Shown: one piece after another, positions 15,135-27,300 of the stretch
Position numbering within the stretch: position 1 is the first letter of the stretch
Layout of the letters: the number at the start of each line of letters is the position of its first letter
Assembly: GCF_041956535.1 (NCBI RefSeq)
Contig: NW_027192206.1
Span: 229,149-293,148 of the forward strand
DNA from: Calcarisporiella thermophila CBS 279.70
Taxonomy: Eukaryota > Fungi > Calcarisporiellomycota
DNA length: 64,000 nt
Direction: 5' to 3'
Notes under the pieces: model-generated
The model's input: only the letters and a program-made list of their open reading frames with translations
Told to the model about the DNA's origin: nothing
The model's database searches: none
Program-made: the position numbers and the translations under genes

Positions 15135-16358
15135 TTAGACGTTCAACGGCTTCGGGGTAAGCATCTCGTTGAACATGGGGATCAGCTGTTGGGCGACGGT
15201 GAAGGAGAAGATCAGCTTGGGCCCTACCACCAAGATCTTGGGCGTCAGTCCCTTGAAGAACGCACCCATGCCCTCGTGTTTGATCAAGTCGGCCACAATG
15301 CGGAAGCCGCTTTCCTTGACTCCAAAGTTCTTGTTCTGGATGCGGGTCTTGACCACGTCAAGCGGCGCCGCCACCGTAATCGAGGCAACCGCACCACCGA
15401 TGGAAGCACAGAAGTTCTGGAAGAAGGTGGCCTTGCTATAGTCGTGGAGGCCGAAGACGTATTCCTTGACAAAGGCAGAACCACCAAAGAGGGCGAAGGA
15501 GCCTGGGGCGTTTCGTGCGGCAGTCCATCCCGCACCGCTGTTGGGAAAAAATAAAGGGAACAAAGCTCCATGAAAATGGTTCTCAAGCCGATGGACGATG
15601 CAGGAACTTACCGGTAGAGGCCAAATCCTTCCTCTCGGATGATGTGCATCAGCCCGCGACCCTTGAATGCCTCGGGGTTGGTCTGGCGCTTAATCTTGAG
15701 GACGTCTAACGGCAAGAGGAAAATTTCACCAATACCCACAAGACTAGATGGAGAGAGATAAAAAAGTATTGAGCTTCAAAATCAGAACATCCTCTCCTTC
15801 CCCGGAAAACCCAGGGGGTATCCGAACGCCTACCTTCCGGCAGTCGCATGCATCATCGTTTTGCCAGTTTTTTCACCGAATGCCGACACAAAATTGGACT
15901 TGAAGTGGGTGTTCAGGAAATCATTGACAAATGGCTGGCCGCCGAATTTGTAGATGCGCTGAGCGACCTTGTATCCTGCAGCAAATCCGAGGCCAGGGAA
16001 GAGCGACATGTATTTGCGCGCGATGGGTGCTGTATGGTGCTCCTTGAAAATGACTTTGTCTAGGGTTGCAATGTTTGAGCGGAGGGATGCCCCTTGCACA
16101 AAGACCTGGAAGAAAAGTACCAAGCAATGTGGTTAGGGCCATTGTGGGGAGAGGTGAGGACTTCGCGTTGCTAATAGGGATGAAAAGGGAGAATGGAAGC
16201 CATAATCATACCCTCTGCTGGTTACTCATGAGCCGCTTGGCGACGGTGTCTACAGGGTGGAAGAGGAACAGCTCGAGGATGCCGGAGCAACCGGAACCCA
16301 AGAACCTTGCCAGACCAGATTCAGAGTGTTTTCCTTTCCCAGAGATCGGTGGCGACAT
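15135..16358 (-). CDS. GGC1: mitochondrial GTP/GDP carrier
   Basis: ELFLFHPVDTVAKRLMSN, SLFPGLGFAAGYKVAQRIYKFGGQP, WTAARNAPGSFALFGG, FFKGLTPKILVVGPKLIFSF. Confidence 0.93.
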
Positions 16359-18038
16359 AGTTGGCTATTTGCGATTTTTTGCAGCGTCTAAATGATAAAT
16401 AATCGGGTGCTAACTCCTAGTTTCTAATGCCCCCTGAGTATGTAGTATGGATCGGAAAAGATAAGAGATTGTTTATGAGTGGCGCAGTTTGTTGCACATG
16501 TTAATAGCTTAAATTAAGATTCAGAGGGTGTTCTGGATCGCCACCAGTAGCCTTGGGGGAGGGGAATAAGTTTCCACTGCTCAAGAAACCCGCCTTCCCT
16601 TCATGTTGGGAAAATCAGATATGATCTCATCGTAAGGCAAAATCTGAAGATTCCTGTTCCGCATTCGCCGTCCCCACACAAAGCTTTCTGGGTGCGCGAA
16701 TGAAGCTTGCAATCCAGGCTACTACAGCAGGGCACTTCTGGTATCACATTTTCATGCACAGTTTAGCCCGGAAGCCCTCCTAATAATGCCAACGGAGGGC
16801 AGGGGCGCTGTCGCACCATCTCAACCCAAGTCAACCCAGAGTCGGGCATGATTGTGTAGAAGATGGTTAGCAAGGTTTAATGGGAAACTCTGGATTTAAG
16901 GAATACAGTCTCGATGGTTCCACTAATTCGAAAACTTAAATGAACGCAACATGAAAAATAAAGTACCATTGCCGTCACTTCCAAAGAGTGCCAAAGCCAA
17001 TGTTGCCAGAGTTATCTCCTGTAAGCCCTTAAAAAGGGCTTTTCCTTGAAAAAAGGATCCTCTAAAAACGCTAGTGATCAGCAGTTCAAGGCCTTCTTTA
17101 GAGCGTGATTTCCTCATGGACCCGTAGAAAACCTATCGAAATGCCACGCCATCCTCTTGGCATGCTCTTATCGGGGTCATGACCCGGTGCCAGACCTAAC
17201 CTTTTAATCATGGTGTCTTTCTTGGTGCTTTAGCCACGTTGAGAAATCCAACTCTCTGCAATGCGCAGAATTCTCCTTTACAAAATTTTCTCTCATCCCT
17301 TCAACACGTGGTTCATTAGTCCGAAAAGGAAAACTAGCAAAAATTCCAGAGATAAACTAAATTGGAAATGAGAGCTCTAAATAAAAAAAATACACGAATT
17401 GCAGACTTTCTCCCCAATCATGATCCTTAGCCTTGCTGAATTTATGAGCCACTTGGGATAGTTGATGATTGTCAGTATTATCACAAGTCTTGCCCGACTC
17501 CGGCAATAGCAATACTTGAGCATATAATATTAATCTTTAAATCTTTTCATCAGTCCCCTTCCGGGAAGAAGAACTTGAGAATTGACGCTAATCAAGAATG
17601 AAATGTTGAGTCAAATTTGAGTCTTGACTCTACGGTGTTAGCACGTTCAAGATCCGTTTTCATATGATAAGGAAGATAGCGCTATCGCTCTGAAAAGTCA
17701 AAAAAAAAGCCTGCTCTTATCGGCTAAAATGGAAACCTCAGTCAGATAGGGCGTATACCAGAGGAGTGCACTATTCCCGCCCCATTTTTTACCCCTTTGA
17801 TTTTAATCCGACTTGCGGAAGCATAAGTTTGACATTGTAACGTTGGCCTCCCAGTCTGTGCACATTGAAATTCGGACTCCATTCCGGGAAAATGACAAAA
17901 ATTCTTCTGAAAATCATTTGGATTTTTTCACGGTTCGTTACGCTTCTTCTTTTTTCGTTTTTTTTTTCAGCATCACTTTCACCGTCACCACAACAAAGCG
18001 ATTTTTCTTCCACCTTCTGAGATTGTCTTGTTGTTCAT

Positions 18039-18551
18039 ATGGTGCACACTATTCAGCCGACCTTGCTCAGTGACCCCTTTCTCCCCTATGCAGACCTCGA
18101 GGCCACCGACGATTTGCTGAAACAAGATGCTGACGGCTGGCTCGAAGGCCGCTTCAGCCTGCTTTTCATAAACGATCCTCCCCCCTCACCGCCGCCCTCC
18201 CTCTTGTCGCCCTCCCTCTCCACACTGACGCAGGAGGAGGAGGACCTGGAAATGGACGACTTCTTCGAGAGCTATCCGATGGCTTCACCGCCACTGTCTC
18301 CCGTCTGTGAGAACAACGAGCGAGTGCACGAGGTGCTGCTGCCGATGGTCTCTGCCAATGGAAAGTACATCAGCCTTCCCATCAGTAAACTCCCCACGTC
18401 TCCCCGTCGCCGGCGGTGCTCCAGGGTGGTGGTCGGCGATGTTCGGCGAATGCAGAAGCCTAGCCCTATCAGCAAGGCTATGCGTAAGCCGTATTTTTCA
18501 CCCCCCAGGTTCTGGAAGCGGGCGGGGAAGCCGGAGATGCCAAGATCTTGA
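18039..18551 (+). CDS. hypothetical Pro/Ser-rich protein (single exon)
   Basis: 170-codon GC-rich ORF flanked by AT-rich UTR-like DNA; no domain recognised. Confidence 0.5.
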   Translation: MVHTIQPTLLSDPFLPYADLEATDDLLKQDADGWLEGRFSLLFINDPPPSPPPSLLSPSLSTLTQEEEDLEMDDFFESYPMASPPLSPVCENNERVHEVLLPMVSANGKYISLPISKLPTSPRRRRCSRVVVGDVRRMQKPSPISKAMRKPYFSPPRFWKRAGKPEMPRS

Positions 18552-19294
18552 AGGACAAAATACTACAATGAGAATGTACAGAAAACTAAGTGTATAGATG
18601 TCTGCTATAACAAAGGTTGGGATTCATATTAGCTTCCACTTGCCATCATATTTCCATGCATGATTCATCCGCTATTCTTCCATATCTTTTGTTGCTGTTT
18701 GTGTGTATGTTTTTCACATCTCGTTAATTCGCCCATCCTGTATTACTACTCCATGTGTTTTTTGTTACTTCTCACGCTCACTATACCATGTAAGACTCTG
18801 TATCGTAGACTGGAAAATAAAATTTGTATTTTGGCTTTCTCAACACATTCCGATGAAATTGAATTGAAGAGGAATAGGAGCGACTACGACTTGAAACAAC
18901 GGCCGCGGGCTATACTATCGGAGTGGATTGAAAACTATCTGAATATTGATTCAATGGAAGAGAAAATAAAATTTTGCTTTGGGAAGTGTAATTTGGAAAG
19001 TGCATTTCTCATGGATTATCGTTTATTTAGAGCAAATATGAAGAGATCTCATTTTTTCATATCATTATTTTCACATATGCATTTAAAACGAGCCACTGTT
19101 ACATGTCCCCACATAGGCTATGCTGGCTTTGGCAATGCCATTCGCATATTCCTGTGGCGAGTGGAGGCATTGATCTCTTGGGAAGCGCGTCTTTTCGCGT
19201 TTTTGAATTCAAGCCCCGAAAATGGGGACCGTTATCACCCCAATCCATAACTCACTCAATCATCTCCCATATCGCTTTACCCCCCTTACATAAA

Positions 19295-20193
19295 ATGTCC
19301 ATATTTTCCACTTTCTCTCATACTCTTACGGCGCTCTATGCACTGAATCTCCCGGAGCCTCTCCCCCCATGGCAGATACTCACCATCCTTCATGCTTTCC
19401 GAGTTGCCATAGATTTCCGACGTCTTGTGGATTCGAAGGGCGTGCGACGTGAAATAGGGTGGCTGCAAGGATTATTTGCTGTATTGACCGCAGCATTAGG
19501 AGGAAGTACTACATGCAGCATCATCTTTGGGGTGTCTCCAGGGTGGTTGGGGTCTAATGAAGTGCTGCCGCCTTACATGTAATGTTGGATCGATTCCATC
19601 CCCTTTCGAATTGTTTAGCTTATATCGACAGATTTGATTCTCATTGTAATAGACTAGTCTATTTTGCCGTCCAATACCTTCCATCCTTTTATACCCTTCT
19701 TGAGACCATTCCGAAGGCACCCCTTGAGTTTGTGCTCACGGTGGCCGACGTTCTTTGCGGGGTGGACGCAGTTACTTCCTTTGGCGTGGATGGCTGTCGC
19801 ACAATAAAAGACGTTGCCCCTCGGTTATCTCGCAGTCTCGTTGCTATGATTTTTTGCGGGACGGTGACAGGATGCGGAGGGGGTCTATGGTTCGATGCCT
19901 TGCGCATGGACGAGCCAGTGTGGCGCTTTGGTGTTCCTCGCGAGGTGCGCACACCCTCCATAGGTCTCTTCGCTGCGTTCTCTACTACAACTGTATATGC
20001 AATATCTTCCTATGCAAATCTACTTTCTGTGGAGGATGGAAAAGCATTGGCGAGCGCCGTCATGCTGACAATATTTTTGAGTAGATGGGCTTCCGTTTTC
20101 CTTCTATCAAACAATAGCTCCAAGAAGACATCTCAAGACAACAGCATTGAGAATGAGAATGAGAAGAAGAAGGTTGAAGGAAAAGAAGAATAG
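19295..20193 (+). CDS. TRIC-channel/UPF0126-like membrane protein
   Basis: Two internal repeats with Gly-rich TM motifs (TAALGGSTTCSIIFG; TVTGCGGGLWFDAL), about 7 TM segments, one intron near 19579-19651. Confidence 0.6.
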
Positions 20194-20598
20194 GTGGACA
20201 GCACTATTACTAGCTCTTCTCTATTTCTATTTATATGCACCATTGATTGATATTGCACTGTATTTATTACTAGTTTTATTTTCATATCCCATTTTTTAAT
20301 GCTAATATTCGTTTATGCGAAGTCCTATAATAAATCTCAAGACTAGAAGCCCAAACCATGTTGTTCGATCGTGAACGACCAGGTATGTAGTGGAAGCCCC
20401 GTGTGAGTGTCTTGGCTTGAAAAATGGGAGAAGGCTTCGGGCTGCTGCTGAATGAGATTTCCTCGGTTTTAAAACGTATGGCCTTGGACCTTATGTTTCT
20501 GAAATCCGTTAGGTTGAATGACGTATTGATTCTATCTCACACTTTTGCCCACCTTTGACATTGGCCTTTTTTTTCTCGAGAACTTTCAACTATCCAAC

Positions 20599-21701
20599 AT
20601 GCCAGTTGCCAAAATTGCACCCTCCGTTCTCTCCGGCGATTTTTCGCAGCTCCATATTGAGGTGGAAAGAATGCGAAAGCATGGGGCTGATTGGCTACAT
20701 ATGGGTAATTGCGGATGTTTCCTCTAAAATCACTAATGGTCTCTCACTGTTTTGCCTTTCATGTTCTCATTGAATTTCAGATGTCATGGACGGGTAAGTT
20801 GCATCGAACAAGCCAACTGCCAATCAGTCCAAAACTGATTTTTATGCTAATGTGTAATTTGTTTGATAAACAGCCATTTTGTTCCAAACCTCACCATTGG
20901 TGCTCCTGTTATCAAGTCATTGCGGAAGCACACAGACGCGTTTCTAGGTAAGAATGGTGCTAGCTGTTGGTATAGAGTATAGAAAATAATTGCTCATTGG
21001 ATCCTGATGACATGTATAGACTGCCACCTTATGGTCTCGGAGCCCGAGAAGGTTTGGAAGCACAAACCATTATATCTGCTCTCCTTAATACTCAAGTCTC
21101 ATGTGTGCATATTAGTGGGTAGAGGATTTTTCAAAGGCCGGTGCATCGATGTACACCTTCCACATTGAAGCAACAAGTAAGCTTGTTTTGTTACCGACAT
21201 TACACCACAACACTAGTAACATTAAACCCTATGATTGATTATTGTCGTTTCAGAGGATGCCAGCAAACTTATCGACATGATCCATGCGAAAGGTATGAAG
21301 GCTGGCGTTGCTGTCAAACCCAAAACACCCATCGAATCGGTTTACGATATCGCTGACAAGGTCGACATGGTCCTTGTAATGACGGTGGAGCCTGGATTTG
21401 GTGGACAAAAGTTCATGGCTGAATGCATGCCCAAGGTAAATAGATCAATCCCGGACTATTCACTTTGCCCATTACTTACCCAGATGATTCTACATGTTAG
21501 GTCAAGGCGCTTCGCGAAAAGTTCCCCAACCTTGATATTGAGGTGGATGGGGGTCTCGCACTAGACACAATTGACCAGGCAGCAGATGCTGGTGCTAATG
21601 TGATTGTGGCAGGAAGTTCAATTTTCGGTGCCAATGACCCGGCCCAGGTGATTAGCACCTTCAAGTCGAAGGTGAACACTGTGCAGAAGATAGACGCGTG
21701 A
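20599..21701 (+). CDS. RPE1: ribulose-phosphate 3-epimerase, multi-exon
   Basis: [71 protein letters not shown]. Confidence 0.96.
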
Positions 21702-22009
21702 TGGTTCTTTCGATATATTACACGAGCATTGTTTGACATATATAAATATATATTTCTCTGAATAAATTCGATTCAAGCAGTCTGCTAGTCTGCCAGTTGC
21801 TGAATTGTCTCCCTAAACACCGCGACTTGTTTTGACGACATAAAAACAAGAAATATGATCAAGTGCGATGTGTATCTCAACATACCTGAGGGTTCTCCCA
21901 TCACGAAAATATCTGTGACACCGCTCCTTTTTTTTCTCGCGCGAAAGGATCATTTAAATCTATGTTCGGATTAAATTGACGAGCCAAACTATTCTATTTC
22001 TTTTGATTA

Positions 22010-22230
22010 CTTCTCTGAACCCTGCTTGTGTAAAAGCGACCGTGACCTGTAACGTCGTAGTGGGTCTATTTAATTTCGCAATAGACCGTGGGGACATTGA
22101 AGGTTCTGAGGGCCGTGCATGAGTTTAGCCACTCTGTTCCGAATCCTGCTCGAGTCGAACCGAGCAGTCCCTTGTGACTTAATTTCTCAATGATCTCACG
22201 GCCACAGCACGAGGCTGCGGGTAGAGCTTT
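22010..22230. ncRNA. candidate structured non-coding RNA, class unassigned (possibly Pol III, minus strand)
   Basis: Nested helices: 22040-45/22196-201, 22063-70/22080-87, 22090-95/22167-72, 22146-52/22161-67, 22108-13/22128-34. Minus-strand B-box GGTTCGACTC (22152-61) and TTTT just after the closing stem (22032-35). Confidence 0.4.
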
Positions 22231-22453
22231 GACAGTGTACCAATTTTCTCCAGCAAGAAATGTGCTTTTTTATAGTTGTGTCGCGTCTCCCTCTTTATAG
22301 TTTTTCTATTCCCTCCTCCCGCTTCTTTATCGATATGCCAACCCAAATAGCACCGCAAGCGCATCTGTTTTTGGAGACTTATTGACACGCTTTCGTTCTG
22401 CATCTTAATCACATCACTAGAACGCCTGATTCACCTCCTTGAATTGCTAGACC

Positions 22454-23979
22454 ATGCCCACTAAGGCGAAGAAAACGCTTGCCCTGTTTTTACCAGTGTG
22501 TGTGGTGGCTTTCTTCATCTACGGTTTTGTAGTTTACAATGGTCGCATATGCGGTAGGCTTTTGCGTTCTAAATTGCAACTCAAATTGGGCTTGACACGA
22601 TCCCTTCTTCTGTTCATGGGATAGCACGCATCTTGGAGGCAGGAAAAAAAGGCCAAGCAAGTGGAGTATTATCTTTTATACTCGATGATCAATCGAAATG
22701 TCGCCTAATCCTGAATATCTTTTTGCATGCTTCTCAGTCTCGTATATTATCGTGTTCAATGTTCTATTTTTGCTAGCACTATATTGTTTTGTACGGACAG
22801 CGCTTCGCGAGCCTGGCCACCCTCGGAGAGTAAGTAATGGTTTCCACTTCGATGCATATGGACCTAGCTCAAGTAGCATAATTATTTCGATATATAGCCT
22901 CCTCGATCGCGACTTCAACGCCATATGAATCCAGACCTTTCATCCTCACCGCTCACATGTCAAACCACAGGCGGCAGTCACTCTTCTCTCCTACCCGCAA
23001 TACCTTCCGTGGACGTGTCTATGCCCACATTGCGTGTTTGCAAACGTGATGGGCAATCCCGCTTTTGCACCATTTGTCAGTGCTTCAAACCGGATCGTTG
23101 CCATCATTGCTCGGAATGTGAACAATGCGTCTTAAAGATGGATCAGTAAGTAGGCTTCCCGTTTCCGATGGATTCTCCTTATTCTTGTTCTTAAAGTTAA
23201 TCAAATGTCTCTCGGTCAATTCTCTAGTCATTGTCCTTGGTAAGACACCTTTCTATTCTATAGGCATCACTAGTTCGTTTTATTAAACATTGACCTCTCA
23301 AGGATTAACGGCTGTATTGGCTTTGGCAATTATAAACTGTTCGTCCTTTTCATCCTTTATACCGCTATTTTATGTGTGTTTACTGTGGCCACGACTGCTG
23401 TTGAGGTTGCGCAAGATTTCGAACAGACCGGTGAAATGAATGTACTTGTTATTCTTTTGTGTCTGCTGTAAGCATCTTGATTTTGCTCCCTCTATTTCCG
23501 GCCATTACCTAACACTCATACCTCAATTTACTGCTTTTAGAGCGGGGATTTTTGCTCTACTCCTCACCGGCTTTACCGCCATGCACCTTACCTACACTCT
23601 TATTAACAAAACAACCATCGAAGCCCTTGCCGAAAATCAACCCATATACCTGCACGTTGCCGCAACGTCCTTTTCATATACTATTGCTACAAGTGGGGTG
23701 GTGGGACTGTGGGATTTGGGTCGAAAGCTGAACTGGGTTAGCGTGATGGGTCGTCCATGCTGGCTATGGTTCGTTCCGGTAGCGAATTCCATTGGCGATG
23801 GAATGAGTTTCCCCTATAACCCAGAGGTGTTTCGGTGGGCACTTACAGAAGCTGAGCGAAAAAGTCGTGAGAGAAGCGTGACCGTTGCCGAAGAAATCGA
23901 ATCCCCGGAGGGGAGAGGGTTTAGGCCAGATGGTGGCGAGGAGAGCGAGCCGGAGGATGAATATACTAGAGTCTATTAA
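22454..23979 (+). CDS. DHHC palmitoyltransferase (Pfa3/ZDHHC2-like), multi-exon
   Basis: [46 protein letters not shown] after splicing, [28 protein letters not shown]. Confidence 0.92.
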
Positions 23980-24193
23980 TGCCTGGGATGTTTTATTATT
24001 TTATTCACTCCATTTTGTACCCCTTATACACTTACATGCGTCCATATAGTTCGATTTCTTTTTTTTTTTTCTACTCCTCTTTTTTATTATCTCCGCCTTC
24101 TCTCTTCATCGTACTTGCGTGCAACTCTTTGATTTCAATATTTTTGGTCATTTGTCTATATGCCTACCCGATAGGGAAATTTGTCATTTCCCT

Positions 24194-24236
24194 CGCGTGA
24201 CGTCAACAAAAAATGTAGTCGCGTCGAGAAACGCGT
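24194..24236. promoter_or_regulatory. cluster of MCB-like CGCGT boxes plus a CRE upstream of the pseudo-kinesin
   Basis: CGCGT at 24194 and 24220, ACGCGT at 24231, TGACGTCA at 24198; 145-190 bp before the ATG. Confidence 0.45.
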
Positions 24237-24380
24237 TCCTCGCACTTTATTATACAATTCAATTGTTGCCCACACTTTGTATAGAGATTGTAGAGGTTTT
24301 ATTGTCTCCTTTTTATTTTCGAACGAGGCTTAATTCCACCCTTGTTTTCGCAAGCGACTTTCCTAAAAGCATATGAGAAA

Positions 24381-27300
24381 ATGAAAGTAGCCCAATCAGA
24401 AGTATTTCTTCTTTTACACCAGAGGCCTGCCTCTCAGGATGCATGTTTGCAATGGTCCAAGGATGGGCGCACAGTCACCCTTGCACGCCATGGCTCTAAT
24501 GCCGATCCAGATACAAGGTTAGGGTCCTTTTCCTTGATTAGCTTTGATGGAAATTCTTACAATTCTATTAATGAAATCTTTATTATTTAATACAATAGCA
24601 AAAGCTATCACTTTAATAAGGTCGTTCCACCCAATGACACGACCGCCACTGGGTTTTCAAGCTCTAAAATAATAGAGGATATGATAAAAATGTGTTTGAG
24701 AGGTAACTTATGCCACTAGATTCCATTTTTAATATTGATATATATGTAATTTCGTTTTTTAATTGGATTATCAATAGGTTATTCTGCTTCGATCTTTCAG
24801 CTGGGTGCTGCAATGACTAAGAGCGTGAAATACGATCGGTAAGCTTTCCTGCATTTTGTACCAATATTATTTGCCTCTAGGATGCTTAAATTAATATTAT
24901 GTTTAGAATGAAAATAGCGCATACCACTCTTCAAATCGTTAAACGTCAACTTCCTAACAATGTGAAGCTGGCATTTGGGTTTGTATCTTCTATACGAGAT
25001 GGGTTATTATTAGTCACCAAACGTTTTATCAATTGAATAGCTATGTAGGATTCTCGGATATAAAAATGGTAAATCTTATGAACGATAGAGCAATAAGCGG
25101 TAATGTTTCATTTCATTTTCTACTTCTAGCCGGTATCTAATTGCTTGTTTCTCGACCATTATAGATCAAGATTTTGCGAGAGATGGATTGGATGCATTGC
25201 TTCGGTGGAGTGACACCCTCGATTCGCTCGAGGAGATGCTTAAGCATGGCTCCTCCCTGCCCTATATTCTAATCTTTCGATTTGAAATGCTGGGAGCACA
25301 GTCAATTGCTGGAACTTTTGTGCTGGTGAGCCATCTCTTACACTTGTAGCTTCCGTAGAGATCATTTGCTTGACGTGTTTCTGGTAATCGCACCTTTTAC
25401 AGACAGATCTTGGTTGCCCCCGCTTCAACTCAACCATTATGGGCGTTCGCCCCATACAATCACAGGCCCCACTTTCCAAATCATTCGAACAATTCCGCGC
25501 CTTGGTTACTGCTGAATCGCAACCTGCTCACTGCACTGCCACGCTTCTCGAGGACTCACTCCTCACCAAGCTGGGGGCCTCTTATATGGGCGCCCATACG
25601 CGTACAGCATTTTTCATCAATCTCGAGGTGCACCCGTCGCCACCTCCTCCCGACGTTATACACGCTCTCGAATTTGCATCCGACCTTGCAAAAATCCGCT
25701 ATCGGGAAGGGATAAAAAACATCATTGACTCCCGAGTTTTCTATTACTATGAATTTCGTGGTGAGATGCAGCGTTTACAGGTCCAAGTGGAGGAGCAGGC
25801 GAAGACCTGCGAGGAGACCGAGAAGCGGCTGGCGGATACGAAGGAGACTTTGCGCAAGGAAAATGAGGTGACGCGGAAGAAATATGAGAGCCTAAAGGTC
25901 GAGCGTAGTCAGGTAAGTTGCTCCTTTATTTCTTGACACCTGCCGCCGTCTTATATGTTATCCGATGCGATTAGCTGAAGGAGAAAATCCAGTTGTTGGA
26001 AGCAAGCCATGCGCACGAGATTTCGGTGCTTTCCATGCAGCTCGTGGAGACCCGTGAGAAGATCAGGAGAGCAGAAGTAGATCTTAGTAAGTTTCGTAAG
26101 AAGAGCGTGCTTGTCCGCTTTCCCCGCTAACTGTTCATTAAATTTGTTTTGACATTGTAGCTCTCAAAGACTGTGAACGTGATAAATTCCAAGCCGAAAA
26201 TGAAAAATTAAAGGTTTGTAATGTTTTTTCTAAAATAACATCACGGTTGCTAATAGAAATTGGCTTTTTTTTTTTAAAATAGGGAGATCTGCAAATGCTG
26301 AAAAATATCCAGGAAGATCTTCTCCAAAAAGCAGAACAGTTAGATGAACAGATCGAAACTCTAGAGGCGGAAAGAGATAATCTCGAAGCCTTGCTCAGTC
26401 GCGATCAGTCTGAGCATCATGTTGCACTCCAGTCCGAGTGCAACATCCGCAAAGAGCTTGAGAGCCAACTGGAAAAACTGCAAGAACAGGTAGCTCAGAC
26501 ACAAGAGGAGCTCGAGAAGGAAAAGGCTGCGCGCCTGACGACTGAGCAGGAAAGGAATCAGGTGGTGCGAGAGTGTGAAGAGCTGAAGCACAAGCTGCAA
26601 AGGATGGAGACAGTACACGACCGTGAATATACGGAGCTGCAAAGGAGATTGAAAGAGCTGGAAGAGGACCTTACGTGGGAGAGAGAGACAAGGGAACGGG
26701 AACGAAAGGAGTGGAGGGCGAAAGAGCGGATGCTGAATGAGAGGCTTGGAGAAGAGACTCGAGCTAGACAGGTATATTGCCTATTCATGTTGATCCTAGA
26801 ACGACTCTGACATTTTGACGCTCAATATTTGCTACTTTCTCCATTAGACCTTGATTGAGGTGGGGGTTAACGAGGGTCTAAATAGATTTAGTGATGGTGA
26901 GCCTGAGCCGGAAATAAGAGTCCGAAATGCAAAGCCGAAACAAGCAAAAGAAAAGCCATCGATCGCAAAGGAGAAATCGATGTCCAAGGAGAAAGATTTG
27001 TCTGAGCGCGTAAATAACAAGCCAACTCGAAATGTATCTGAGAATGAGGTACACAATACTACTGCCGCTCAATTAATTGAGGAGAGTAGGGGAGAAGAGG
27101 GGTCCGTTGCTACAGATATCACCAAGGACAAGCAAGATTGGTCGCAGGATTGTGAAGAGCAGAACAAGCGTGAAACTCCAAAGCAGAGCTCCAAGGTTTC
27201 AGAGGAGCTTGATGTGAGTCCTCCAAACCCTGCTTCAAAACCGCATAGTAAACTCATCGTTTTTGATTACTAGATGTCATTCGATTTCGACTTTGGACCT

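Noticed and set aside
18660-19250. 196-codon ORF
   Set aside because: AT-rich, UTR/promoter-like composition with no motif; probably spurious.
21945-21955. AGGATCATTT resembling U3 box A
   Set aside because: Box A' and the following CTATAG are missing, and no B/C/D boxes were identified.
22135-22160. tRNA-like 3' end (GAATCCTGCTCGAGTCG / GGTTCGACTC)
   Set aside because: No cloverleaf, D-arm or anticodon arm could be built. It is kept only as part of the unassigned RNA candidate.
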